Positions 1 to 13,951 of a DNA stretch of 50,760 nt are shown here, in pieces (within the stretch, counting starts at the first letter, position 1; every line of letters starts with the position of its first letter). The translations under genes and the position numbers were made by a program. The notes under the pieces were generated by a model. It ran no database searches, was not told the DNA's origin, and saw only the letters and a list, made by a program, of their open reading frames with translations. The DNA comes from Priapulus caudatus (taxonomy: Eukaryota), in assembly GCF_000485595.1 (NCBI RefSeq), contig NW_014577078.1, positions 68,788-119,547 of the forward strand. Reading direction: 5' to 3'.

Positions 1-339
1 CTGAGGCTTACCTTAATAGAATTTGACTCTAGCTCGTACGACGGAGCGTACGACAGTGAATTAACGTGTGTGTACGACGGAGCGTACGACGGAGCGGTAC
101 GACGGAACGTCAACGTAACCAAAATATTGAGGAAGTTTTAGGGTGAACGCAACACGCAATCTTTTATGCTGAATGACCATCTGAGTATCTAAGTATCAAA
201 GTATCTAAGCTACATGGAAGTTTTGCTCCCAAAACAATACGGATCGAATCACCCTAATCTCATCTAATCATACACAGGATTCAATAACGTTAATTGTCGC
301 AGTGGCTAAATATTGTATTTATGCGTATTAATTATGCAC

Positions 340-381
340 AAATAAATTTCTATGAATCTTGAATCTTGAATCTTGAATCTT
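340..381 (+). repeat. AATAAA followed by (GAATCTT)n, a possible LINE 3' tail
   Basis: A short tandem tail after a poly(A)-signal-like hexamer, as in CR1/L2 3' ends. No upstream RT was recognised. Confidence 0.4.
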
Positions 382-1057
382 AAATAGTTTATCAAAATTC
401 CAGAAAATTTTGCAAACGAGTAATCTTACCACGTATTCTTCCTCAAAGTCTACAAATAATTTTTCTTACATACAAAGACAACATCTACAATTCGATCGTT
501 TTATTTATTTTCTCTTGCAATCAAAGCATCAGATCATGCCGACTTACAACAAGCATGAGTAAATTATTAAATATAATTACCTAATTGCTAAATAAATACA
601 TTAATGTTACTGCAAATAAAAAAATGACAAAACCAAAATGCAACGAGGCCCAAGAATAATTCCGTAGTTTGCATGCGTCTAGCTAAACTTGACCGATAAA
701 CAGCTTTCACCCCAGCGCGAACGACCTCGCGACCCACCCTCGTCACTCGTTCTCCACGTCCTCCATTGTTCCCATCCCCACATATGTGGGGGTGAGGGTG
801 CGCATCGTAATATATCAAGTACCGCCCTCTTGCGACTCTGCGCTGTTTTGAACGTGTTTGGTAGGCCATATGGCTCGTGAGTGGCAACGCGAAGTACGGA
901 ACAGTATGGAAACGCGGTAGGGGGCGAGCGTAAGTCAGAGTCGCGCTGTCGTTAAACCTCGAGTGTTCAATTACATTTGTGTTTCTCGCTCACTTCAAAC
1001 AATGCGCCGCGGTAACGTAGTAATAGCGGGGAGGCATATGTGAGCATCGGTGGATAG

Positions 1058-2680
<1,623 letters not shown>

Positions 2681-2860
2681 GTCTGTCCGTCGGCCAGCCT
2701 ATCTGTCTATCCTTATACTTCTCTCCATCTGCCGAATTTTACTAACACTGATCATCAGCAAAGTCAACAATTAAGTCATCTGACTTCGTATAGTCTAAAC
2801 CTTTCAACCTCTTTCAGTAGTAACTGATTTCAATAAATATTAAATTATTATAGAACTTAC

Positions 2861-3060
2861 ATTTGCTTTGCTGGCAAATCGGTTTTGTCATCTGGATTCA
2901 ACTCGTTTGTTAACACATTCCAAGTGACGACGTCCTTGTACAGGTGGCGCTGCCATAGGATTTCGTCACAACTAAGAATGTAGTATTGTCGACAAACTGA
3001 GGCGACACCGCACAGGGCTTTCGGAGACAGGTACGAAAAAATCTGTAGCTGAACCGATAC
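2861..3060 (-). CDS. FBXO4: F-box protein (FBXO4-like), exon with most of the F-box
   Basis: ttttctcAG acceptor and GTAAGT donor on the - strand. Encodes VSVQLQIFSYLSPKALCGVASVCRQYYILSCDEILWQRHLYKDVVTWNVL; the VQLxIxSxLSPxxLC...DxILW...LxxD...W pattern matches FBXO4 as I recall it. The F-box is clear; orthology is less certain. Confidence 0.75.
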
Positions 3061-3358
3061 CTGAGAAAATGCCATAACGCGTTGTCGTTCATTACAGTAT
3101 GCGAAAGACGGGCGACTAAATTTACAATCCAGCAAATTAATTTTTTTACATTTATGAAAGGTTTGCATTTGTAAGATAGATTATATATGCATGGGTGCTT
3201 AGATAATATCAAGAGCGTATTAAGAAGAATTTCTTAATACGCTCTGGATAATATGCTAATACGTTAGGATATAAGCTAGACAAATGTTCAAGTAGCACGG
3301 TGGGACTCTCGATCACCAACTCAATTTCCTATTTACATAACGAACACAGTCAACGTAC

Positions 3359-3648
3359 CGGCAAACCTAGGAAGTCCGATATTGATCCGTTGGAATCATC
3401 GCACAAATTGCCTGATGTGTTGCTAACAGGACTTTTTCTTTGTACTAGTTTGTTTATGTATTGCTGAAGACCGCCTGTATGACACGTAAGATCGCAGTCG
3501 ACAGCAGCGCATGCTTGATGTTGCTTAGAAAGCTGCAGCATAGTAAGTCCCACTGTAAGCTTATCGGAAGCTTCCAGAAGACGGTTCTCCGTGCTTGGAC
3601 GAAAATCTACCAAAGAGGTGTCAACCTCCACGAAAGGCTTATCAAGAC
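3359..3648 (-). CDS. FBXO4: F-box protein (FBXO4-like), upstream exon ending ...SISDFLGLP
   Basis: Open frame ends CCG|GTACGT (phase 0). Splicing to 3060 gives FLGLPVSVQLQIFSYL, a canonical F-box start. The 5' boundary (taatAG at 3649-3650) is uncertain; an in-frame stop lies at 3686-3688. Confidence 0.65.
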
Positions 3649-4156
3649 CTATTACAATACTTCGAAGCTTGTCGAACAGTCGTGATTAAGTCGGTGACTG
3701 AGTGTATGAGTGAGTGCGTATTTGTATCTGTGCGTATGTTTGTACGCATCTATGACGAGGTTAGGTACACGTGTTACCATGCAACGTGGAAGCGATTACG
3801 TGTACCACTGTTTCCGCGCTTGCACGCTTGATCGATTACGAACACAGTATTTACGTTATTGTGCACAAGGTAGCGCAAGAATCATTGGTGTATGCAGCGG
3901 TAGCGCAAAACCGGTTGCTCTTCAATACAAAATCTTTAAGAGATCGAACAGTATAGGCCGTTATGAAGGGAAGAAATTAATATAGTCGTCTAGCCGATCT
4001 GTGGTGCATTCACTGAACATTGCCGTACAGATATAACCGATAACAGAGGTAAATTTCTTTCAGTACAAGCTAGCTAGGCCATCAGAAAGCGCGCGCACAG
4101 GGAAAAAGAATGAGAAATGTGCACAAGCTTGTGAAGTTGTGAGAGTGCGTTTGTAG

Positions 4157-4203
4157 GACACACGTACGCACACACACACACACACACACACGCACACACA
4201 CAT

Positions 4204-4238
<35 letters not shown>

Positions 4239-4266
4239 CACACACACTAACACACACACGCGCGTA

Positions 4267-4301
<35 letters not shown>

Positions 4302-4320
4302 GCCGCGGACGCCGCGCGCA

Positions 4321-4363
<43 letters not shown>

Positions 4364-4431
4364 CACAACACACACACACACAGCACACACACACACACAC
4401 ACACACGACAACACACATACACACATACAAA

Positions 4432-4469
<38 letters not shown>

Positions 4470-4692
4470 CACACATACAACACACAGCACACACACACAC
4501 ACACCACATCACACATACAAAACACACACACACACACACACACAACCATACAAACACACACACCACACACACACACAACAACACACACACACACAAACAC
4601 ACACCACCACACACCACACAACCACCACACACAAACACACAACACATCACAACACACTACACATACAAACACACAGCTATACACACATACGA

Positions 4693-4774
<82 letters not shown>

Positions 4775-4810
4775 ACCCCACACACACACACATATACTAT
4801 ATTATATATT

Positions 4811-4864
<54 letters not shown>

Positions 4865-4868
4865 GAGA

Positions 4869-4899
<31 letters not shown>

Positions 4900-4928
4900 G
4901 AGAGAGAGAAAGGAAAAGAGAGAGGGAG

Positions 4929-4960
<32 letters not shown>

Positions 4961-4970
4961 GAGAGAGAGG

Positions 4971-5014
<44 letters not shown>

Positions 5015-5088
5015 GAGAGAGAGCGAGCGAGCAGAGAAGGGCAAGACAGGCGGGCAGTCAGTCAGTTATAATTAGACACGCACACACG

Positions 5089-5142
<54 letters not shown>

Positions 5143-5144
5143 AT

Positions 5145-5197
<53 letters not shown>

Positions 5198-5365
5198 ACA
5201 AACACACACACACACACACACACATACAAACACACAGCTATAATACAATACAACTATACACACACTTTCTACGCACACTTTCTCTCCGCACACACGCACG
5301 CACGCACGCACACAGCACGCACAGCACGCACGCACGCAGCACACACACACACACACACACACACA
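4157..5365. repeat. (CA)n, (TA)n and (GA)n microsatellite cluster
   Basis: Read directly. 5230-5290 is the reverse complement of the gagaagtgtgcgtagaaag...tatagctgtgt block near 1490 and 2375. Confidence 0.9.
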
Positions 5366-6116
5366 AGCCTATATAATATACTCTAATTAGTTTTGCCAGA
5401 TTTATAGCCATATATAGTCTATAATAATATATGGTCATTGTTATTTGTTATCTTGCGACTGTAATTCCTAAATTACACTATCACATTTAAGCTCCGAAAA
5501 CGTTTTGTGATAAGTTGTAGGAACTTGGTATGGGTTTCTCCAATTTCCCAGAACGTGAAATAAGCGTTGCAAAAACGTTGCCGCATCGTTGCCCATAACG
5601 TAAAAATGACGGTTTGCCAAGATTTCAGCTTCGATGTTTGATCAGCAGAGCGATCGAGGCCATGCGCGTGTTCAGGCAAGCCTACCAGAGGTATTTTTTT
5701 CAAACAAAAAATCACGTGTAGGTTTGGGTGTAGGCATAGGGTTAGCTTGGCTAGATCATTAATTTAAAAGTTGTAATTGTTGTTGTAAACTGTAATTTTG
5801 TTCGCGTAATTTATTACGTTCATTTTCGGGTTTACCTAACTAATACCTAAGGCTTACAGCTACAGTATTACTTAATATTATTTAGGGAAATTTGGGGGCA
5901 GTTCCCACCGAGAACAATATATACAATATGTGCAATATATACAATATAGTTATATACAATATGTATATATGTTCTCAGGTTCCCACCATGCAGAGGTGGT
6001 TATACGCACGAACATTTTCAAGAATCCAAACTCAAATAATTTACCTATAAAACTTACAAAAAAATAATATACTGCTTCAGTGCTAGGGATCTTGGACGTA
6101 GTTAGAATAATATACG

Positions 6117-6156
<40 letters not shown>

Positions 6157-6348
6157 ATATATATTAGTAGTATAATTATTATGTAAATACAGAAGCGATT
6201 TCTATGGGATTTGCAATTTGCGATTATCTGCGTTACTTCTTTGTCGATAGAGGGCGACACGTTTGCGCTATACCAAAACAAGAGAAGTGAGATTGGAGAT
6301 GTTTTCTGAGAGGAATTACCTCCGAAATTCTGCTTCATTCTTCTTGTT

Positions 6349-6460
6349 ATGGGTGTTCCGGTATATTTAGTGTCTTTTTATGTGTTGCTGGCTATATCTC
6401 AGTCAGTCCAGGCGAATCTTAATCTGTTCATGAACAAAGATGAAGTAAAGAAACTGCTGG
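6349..6460 (+). CDS. RYK: RYK/Derailed receptor, exon 1 (signal peptide, start of WIF domain)
   Basis: ATG...MGVPVYLVSFYVLLAISQSVQA-NLNLFMNKDEVKKLLG, donor G|GTAAGT. A hydrophobic leader is followed by the LxLxxxxxEVxxLxG WIF start. Confidence 0.9.
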
Positions 6461-7285
6461 GTAAGTTGGGCCAACACTGTCTCCCGGTTAGATAGGAAAA
6501 GAAAGGGCTTATGCAGGATGCGTTACATGATCGCATACACTGATACAGGAGGACTCCAGCGACACTAGACTAAGACAAACGTAGACAAATAACGATACTG
6601 AAGCCATATAGGGGATAAACCTAGCTTTTGTACATGGATGGTAGTGTGTTACATCCTCCATACAGCCTACCTAATAAAATATGCCACTTATTCTCTAGTC
6701 TAACAAACTCAATTTTCTGAAGAAGTGACAGGGCTTTAAACTGACACTAATGTTTTCGTATTTTCTCCGCCGTTCTGATACTTGCCTGTACTCCGTGTGT
6801 AACACCAAGTGTATATGGTAAAACTAACATGTTATAAAACACTCGTACATCATTCTTTTCACCAATATGTACACCGATCTGCATTTCAGATTAGATTTGT
6901 TTACATATGTCAACAAAACAATATTTTCGCTTTCCCGAGATGCAATCGACCAGTAGGCTTACCCTGTCTCTACACTATGTTACCTTTTGTCTACATTTTG
7001 AGATAGGTACTAGTCTATAAAAATTTGCATCTTGTTTTGTCGGCCTGTTTGAAAATTTCATTCCCGCGAATCTCAAGTTCAAGGTTGCAGGTGCATGTTT
7101 GTTGTTCATTTAGCATTTTATAGCCCCCAACAGCCCAAACTTGTAATATGTTTTATGATGAAGTTATTCAGTAATCTGTACACTGACAGACCTGTGATAC
7201 TAAATTTGTGTTCATAATAATATATAATTTTGCAATTTATGCATGAAATTATCATTTTAATGTTAGAGTAAAATAGTGAGGGTAA

Positions 7286-7737
7286 AGCTGGGTTTACACA
7301 ATGGGGAAATTTGCGAGATGATGGGTTTTTCTGCATTCTATCAACCTCTCTATCTGATGTTCAAAGCTTGTACGTTATCGACCGCGAGTCGGCAAGCGTT
7401 TCAACATTTTAAATCCTGCAGTGTGCGCACGGAGCGCTATGGATAAGCATTTTTGCATGTATTAATTCGCGCCAGTGTGTCGCCGATAGTAAAGACGTGC
7501 TCTCCCCTTGGGTGGAGGGACACACCTCTTGATTGCTGTTCTGTACTATGGCAAAAACGTTCAATTCGCCGACACCGAGTTGCAAAAATAGAACGTGTTC
7601 TAATCTCGCCACCAGTTGATATTAACCAGTTATTTGCGAGACTTTTACGTTTGCACTGCAAATTTTCGGTGGAATGATTGAAAAATTGATAAAATTCGTC
7701 AATTTTTCAGCAAAAAGTCGATAGTGTAAACCCAGCT
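7286..7737. mobile_element. PIF/Harbinger-type MITE
   Basis: TIR AGCTGGGTTTACAC...GTGTAAACCCAGCT with TAA on both sides. Related internal fragments at about 8590-8880, 29640-29745 and 30340-30860. Confidence 0.8.
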
Positions 7738-7749
7738 TAAAATGGATTT

Positions 7750-7955
7750 TAAACGGATACAACACCCTAGAATTTTAGGGTATGTTATGTTAGTACGTGC
7801 ATAAATAATAGTTTATAATTATACCTAGATGTACAAATTTATATAATCACGCATTCACATTTGTCATTTTAAAACAACAGTGAGTTTCGAAATCGTTATT
7901 TTTGGCCACTTACATGACACCTCACGATTGTGCTGCCATTCTGACAAAGTTGCGT
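7750..7955 (+). mobile_element. Terminal fragment of a Kolobok-like non-autonomous element
   Basis: Aligns with the reverse complement of 31425-31628 (ttaaa.ggatac.acacc ... cgcattcacatttgtcat ... attgtgctgcca); TTAA terminus. Confidence 0.45.
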
Positions 7956-8897
7956 TTTTTCCGATTTATTTTGCACGTTACAGACCGAGGGCTAATCACA
8001 AAAGTGCAATTATATAAATATAATTTGTAATATAAATTTATAATATAATGCAAATAGCATTAGCTGACTGCTAATGCTATTTAACCGAACAATATTTAGT
8101 TTAGGAAAAATTCGTCCATATTATAACTGAATGTAAAAGTTGATTATAAGTAAACTTTTACATCATAATTCAACTTACCATGTAAGTGAGCACAATATAA
8201 ACAAACATATTTCAATCATTGTATATTTTTGGGAAAATAGTGGTGTGCGAGTATTCTAAGACATGTTAGCCTTGCTTTAGACGCTTGCCGTTATGCAAGC
8301 AATACCACTACCAGTAAGTACTTAAGTGGTCTGAAAAATACGAAAGCAGTCACTGTCAGGAAGACTGTTTGAAATCCTTTCTTTAATTTGCTATTGCAAA
8401 CTGGCTATTGCTAGCCAAGATACACATTTCAGATGGCCGCCATGCTTTTCTGCCACCAGCGGCTCGGGCATCCATCAGGACTCTTTTGTTTAGCCAGCAG
8501 ACAAAGTAAACGAACAATTTCTGCTCCAAAACAAATACGCATTCCACTCCCGCGCAAATCATAGTATTGCTAAAGCAGCACTGTCAACATATAGTTGAAA
8601 AGTTGATAAGTTGATGAGTTGATCAACTTTTCAGCATTCTGTCAACCTTTCTATGAGATGTTCAGTGCATTGGCAAACAGATGGTAGCACATTATCAACT
8701 GCGAGTTGGCCAACGTTTCTACCTTTCAACTGCAGTGTGCATACGGGCCATCTGGATGTACATGTTCTTGCATGTTGTGCAGTGTAGCACGTGTGCCGCT
8801 GATTGCAGAAACGCAGACAAATAATCTCCCCCTAGGTGGAGGGACTGACCCCTTGATTGCTATTATCTGTGTGGCTGCTGGAAAAGGCATACAATAA

Positions 8898-10884
8898 TGT
8901 AACCCAAACCAAGAGGATAGGCGTTACAAAGGCTCCCTTCTTTTTCTGCGGAGGAATGCCGAGTGATCACCGGGCCGGTTTGGTGGTGCGTTTTCAAAAC
9001 TAGAACTTCAAACTGGTTTATCTCAAACACGAACCTTTCTCCGCTATTCGGGAACTTACTATGTATCACATACTGCTGTATTAAACTAACCTGTTTCAAA
9101 AATTCGAAGTGACGGCGGCGAATATAATGAGCGCATTTCTGTTGACCTGTGACGTACGCATTTCCCAATGCCGCATAGCGATGCGCAAACTCAGCGCCTC
9201 GATTGGGCGGTGGATCCGCTCTTCCAACCGAAGTACGTCACAGTCAACGAAAAAGGCCGCTCGTATATTCGCCGCTCGTCACTTCGAATTTTGTAACAGG
9301 TTACAGTGAAAAATTATTTTTTTCTTTCCGGGGCTCTTTTTGCAAACCCCCCAAATTTCGGGGGCTACTTTTTATTCCAGGGCTCTTTTTCACTTTCCAG
9401 GGCGACGTTTTCCACGGCTGTTTCCTCAATGTACACACAAGCACAGGTGACAGTAGCTAATACACACTGTGGGGGCGCGCACACCCACACACACGTCAAC
9501 CGCACGCACACACGCACGCAGACACGCACGCACGCATGCCACACACACACACACACCACACACAGACACACCAGACACAACAGTAATATTCAAGACAGTT
9601 ATTCATCAGACTGACAGACTCACATGATAATCCACAACTCACAAGTCACAACCACGAAAATGCACCTTGGATAGTGAATACATCACAGGTTCAGCTAAAC
9701 ACAGAACTATTACGGCAGCCAAATAGTGGAATGTCCGCCTGTACGAGCTAGGAGGATCGATTGTTTATACGCGAAGTCTCTTGCCCGGCTGGGTCCAAGG
9801 CCCGCGTAAGGGCCCTGGAAGCTCAGGGGGTTTGAGAAAGCGGCCGCGAGGCACGTGTGAATGGCTGTGCACATCGAGCTGCGTACGTGCCTGCTGGCCA
9901 GGGCGGCATTGATGAAGTATGGGTGGGGCGGACAGGCACGATTGTTTCAGCGTGGTACTAATCACTACTAAAATTTAGAGGGTGGCATTGCTGGACTATG
10001 AGAGAGCGGCAGCAAAACTCTTTCGGGGAATTGACAAAAAGCTACAATCGGGAATGACACACGAGTGTGCGCAGTGCGAAAAATATCACGTGGTGAATTT
10101 CATTAGGATTTTCCATGGATTCCGTTCTGTATCACTACGGGTCGTTGCCGTCCTACGGAGTCGACGTAGGCACGGCCCGCAGCACCGCACACCGCACGCA
10201 CGCGGCACGCACGCGCGCGCACGCACACACGGCAAGGCACGCCGCACGCACACCGGCCAACAGGCACGCACGACGCACGCGCGGCAGGCACACACGCAAG
10301 CACGCCTGGCAGGCACACCGGCACGCACGCACGCGCGACGCGCACACCACGCCAAGCACCGCGCACAGGCACCACAGTATATATACGCCGAGGGCGGCCG
10401 GCGCGCGCTTGATTGAAGAATCCACATGCATGGCTTAAGTAAACACTGACAGCCACACCGTACTAGGAAGTTCTGACGCGCGCCGTGGAACGGCTGCCGC
10501 TTAGCGGCAGAGGCAACGAGATCGGCAGCGCGCGGACCGAGCTGGGACCAATCTGATTTTCCAGGGCGACTTGTGCTTTTGGGGGTCGCCCCCGATAGGC
10601 GTATTTTCGCGGGGCTCTTTTTGGCATTGGGGGCGAATCGCCGCCGCCCCCCGTGTAGTCTTTTCCCCTGACGGTTATATTTACGTTAAGACAGAGCTAT
10701 TGCAATACATAGTAAGCTTCACCGAATAGCGGGAAAGGTTCGTGTGAGAATAAACCCAGTTTGGAAGTTCTAGTATCTGAAAACGCCCAGCAAAACCGGC
10801 CCGAGGTGACTGTACTCGGCCAATTCCTCGGCCAGAAAAGGAGAGCGGAGACTTTGTACCCTTCACTCTTGCGGTTTGGGTTAC
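8898..10884. mobile_element. Non-coding element with ~190-bp terminal inverted repeats (TGTAACCC...GGGTTACA)
   Basis: 8898-9090 aligns with the reverse complement of 10680-10884. The flanks are two halves of the MITE family seen uninterrupted at 30730-30860. Confidence 0.75.
9304..10670. mobile_element. hAT-like non-autonomous element nested in the long-TIR element
   Basis: CAGTGAAAA...TTTTCCCCTG ends; GGGGCTCTTTTT and TTTCCAGGGCGAC motifs near both ends; imperfect flanking repeat acaggtta/acggtta. Confidence 0.45.
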
Positions 10885-11216
10885 AGTTATGTATCTAGGT
10901 AAAAGGTGATCAACTTGAGAAATTATGTTCTATTCTCTCAACTAGTTGAGCACTTAACTTTTACATTTACTCTGATGACTTTTGGTTGAATATGTAGGGT
11001 ATGTGTATAGGTATATGTATAATGGTAGGGCTAGCAAATAACGTGCAATTAAATGTAATGTACATGCATATGATACACACCAAATATAAAGAATTATGAA
11101 TGAATTTCAGAATTTTGACATTTTTAGACTATAGAACCTTTTTGTGCAGAACCAAATCATGCTTCCTCAGTGTGTTCCGGCTATTTTTGAAAATATTCGG
11201 TCATACAAACCATATA

Positions 11217-11511
11217 CAGGTAGGTCCCGTTTTAAGACAGGGTTAGGTTCTAGTAACATAGGGCCGTAAAATGAAAAGTCGTTAAACGAGGCAAAATTAT
11301 AATGCAATTAAATGCTATCATTCCACCCACAATGTACCACGAAAAACAAATGAAGTGCTCACATATATATTCATGTTTGGACGCACAGGCGTTGCTGTAA
11401 TGTTTGATTGTGTTACGATTTTTTTGTTATTTTCAATTTTTTAGGTGATTTTGAAAAGCTCGTTAATGTGAAAAGTCGTAAAATGGACCATCGTAAAACG
11501 GGACCTACCTG
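11217..11511. mobile_element. Tc1/mariner-pogo-type MITE
   Basis: 18-bp TIR CAGGTAGGTCCCGTTTTA...TAAAACGGGACCTACCTG; TA on the left, CA on the right. Confidence 0.7.
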
Positions 11512-11950
11512 CATGTGCTTACCAGGACACTTAAAAAAGGTTTTTCAATTTTGTAATACAACTAGACAGAGTGCACTCACGGAGAGTGCATACCTCCGCC
11601 GCGACATAGGCATACGGACTCAGCGAAACTCGAATAACCCACGATTATGCCAGCGTCTAACATGTACACGCGGGGGCGTGCTGGCTTGCCTGCTCGCGCG
11701 TCATAGCAGACCGCGCGTTGGCCTGCTCGCTCACATGTAAACGGCTCGTGGCCTTGCTGCTCGCTTGGACTGAGCGTATGTCGATGCGCGCCGAAACACA
11801 CTAACACACGAGAGCGAAAACATAACCTTTTCCAACTCCGTTGGGCGGAGGTAATTATTAACGTATATATTATATACATATTCACAATGGATGCAACGAG
11901 TTGTAATGCATATATACACACACTAGCAATAGGAAAAACATTGAGCAAAT

Positions 11951-12181
11951 GATAGGTGCCTAAGGTAAAACATAAGGTACAGATAGGTGCCTAAGGTAAT
12001 ACATAAGGTACAGATAGGCGCCTAAGGTAAAACATAAGGTACAGATAGGTGCCTAAGGTAAAACACAAGGTACAGATAGGTGCCTAAGGTAAAACATAAG
12101 GTACAGATAGGTGCCTAAGATAAAACACAAGGTACAGATAGGTGCCTAAGGTAAAACATAAGGTACAGATATGTGCCTAAG
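11951..12181. repeat. Minisatellite, 31-bp unit, about 7.5 copies
   Basis: GATAGGTGCCTAAGGTAAAACATAAGGTACA repeated head to tail without spacers. Confidence 0.95.
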
Positions 12182-12454
12182 CCCCTAAGGTACTCATGGT
12201 AAAACGTATTTAAAATTGAACCACATATATTTCTTAACTATACTTTTTCTGATACATACATGAAACTAAAGCTTCTCTGTGGTGAAGTCTTGAAAAAGAT
12301 AGCAGTTTGTCACAGTGTGACTGTGAAAAGACTGTGACAGACAGGTGGCAGCACCCTTCAATTATTTAATGGCTGACCAATAGTATTTGAGCTGAGTGAA
12401 CGCGCTCTATTTATATACGTGTTCTGGTTAGCTATGCTTACTGATCTCTATATA

Positions 12455-12857
12455 TACTAACTGGATAGCAGTTAGCGAATCCACAGTTGGTGAGAAAGCG
12501 ACGTCACTGTGGCACTGTCTGCCATGTTGCAACCACGCCCAAAAGTGTTTAAAACTGCCAGTGTGTGCCCAATGTCCATAACTTTTCAAATGGATTATGA
12601 TATATGCAGCTTATTTTATCCTTCTTATTCGCATGAAAACAAGCCTTGATTAATACCTGACAGAATTTATACATTATATATACAGCGAGAGAAAGAGAGA
12701 CAAATGATATGATAGTCTCTGCATAGAGGTTTTGCGCATGACGTCACGAGTCACGTGAATACTGTATTAGCCTATTCTATGATAATACTCCTGAAGGCGT
12801 GGTGACATGGCGTCCAGTGTCTACACCTAGTAGCCGCTAAGTGCTATCCAGTTAGTA
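12455..12857. mobile_element. MITE with TIR TACTAACTGGATAGCA.TTAGCG
   Basis: About 23-bp inverted ends with weaker inner symmetry (gccatgt..accacgcc / ggcgtggtgacatggc). Confidence 0.7.
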
Positions 12858-12858
12858 T

Positions 12859-13010
12859 TATGGAATTCATATTTTTACTGAAAGAAAATTGCCTTTCGGT
12901 AAAATGTCTACTGGTATTGGAACATGACATTTTGATATATATGATATTAATATGAACTAACACATTTGACAGAAAGGGAATTTTTTTTTAGTAAAAATAT
13001 GAATTCCATA
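12859..13010. repeat. Foldback inverted repeat (small MITE-like element)
   Basis: TATGGAATTCATATTTTTACT ... AGTAAAAATATGAATTCCATA, with imperfect arms of about 50 bp. Confidence 0.75.
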
Positions 13011-13639
13011 TTAACTTGTTTTATTGAAGCAATTCAATTTGCATATTCCATAACGTTTTAGTTGAGTTTTATGTACGCTTTGAGGGGCCGTTTATTGGTG
13101 GGCATGCTATGAACTATCAATTTCCTGCATAACTATTAACTAGTGCTTTGGTAGCATGCATATAATCACAACAAAACATTCAATGTAAATCGAAGGTGAA
13201 ACAAACTTCAGTAAGTCAAATAAACGCAATAGGGCACAACAAAATCGTATTTACCACTACTCCAATACTCTAGTATACATGGAATCAATCAATGGAGAAT
13301 ATCAATACAAAGCTTACCCTACAGTGAATGTTGACTTCAAATTCTTTTCTTTGGGAAAATTACAAGTCATATTCTACCTTTCATTTTTTGCCATTGTAAT
13401 GACCATTGGGATCAGGGTAGGCCTACATTGGTGCGATTGCGCGGTGAGCTTGATCTATTTTTTTCAGGTTAAAATTTAAAACAAAGATTTCTATTGATTA
13501 TTTATGATTTTATACCCATCTAGCACTGGTAACATGGTTTTTGGATACATACGTTCCAGAGGTTGGTCCACCCCATTCTATTTCTATAAGTAATTATAAC
13601 ATATAGGGCATTATAACTGTATAACCTATATAGGCCTAT

Positions 13640-13780
13640 ACATACCTACATACCTACATACATACATACATACATACATACCTATACATACATACATACC
13701 TACATACTTACATACCTACATACCTACATACATACATACATACATACATACCTATATAGGCCTATATATACCTATATAAT
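13640..13780. repeat. (TACA)n microsatellite
   Basis: Read directly from the sequence. Confidence 0.9.
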
Positions 13781-13951
13781 AGTTCAATATGACATCAGGA
13801 ATGAATAAAAACAAATTTGCCTCTGCACTCTTTATAGTATCAGGAGTGAATAATAGAGATATCTATTATTCACTCCTGATAATAGCAAGTGCGAATAAGA
13901 AGGTGTTATTAGCTCTTGATAACATGTTGCTGAAGGCGCTGTAGCATCTAA

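Noticed and set aside
1..560. Minus-strand donor-like sites (near 10, 428 and 545) as further F-box exons
   Set aside because: No open frame with recognisable FBXO4 similarity could be attached.
11951..12181. 31-bp repeats resembling a CRISPR array
   Set aside because: Units are contiguous with no unique spacers; eukaryotic intron, no cas genes.
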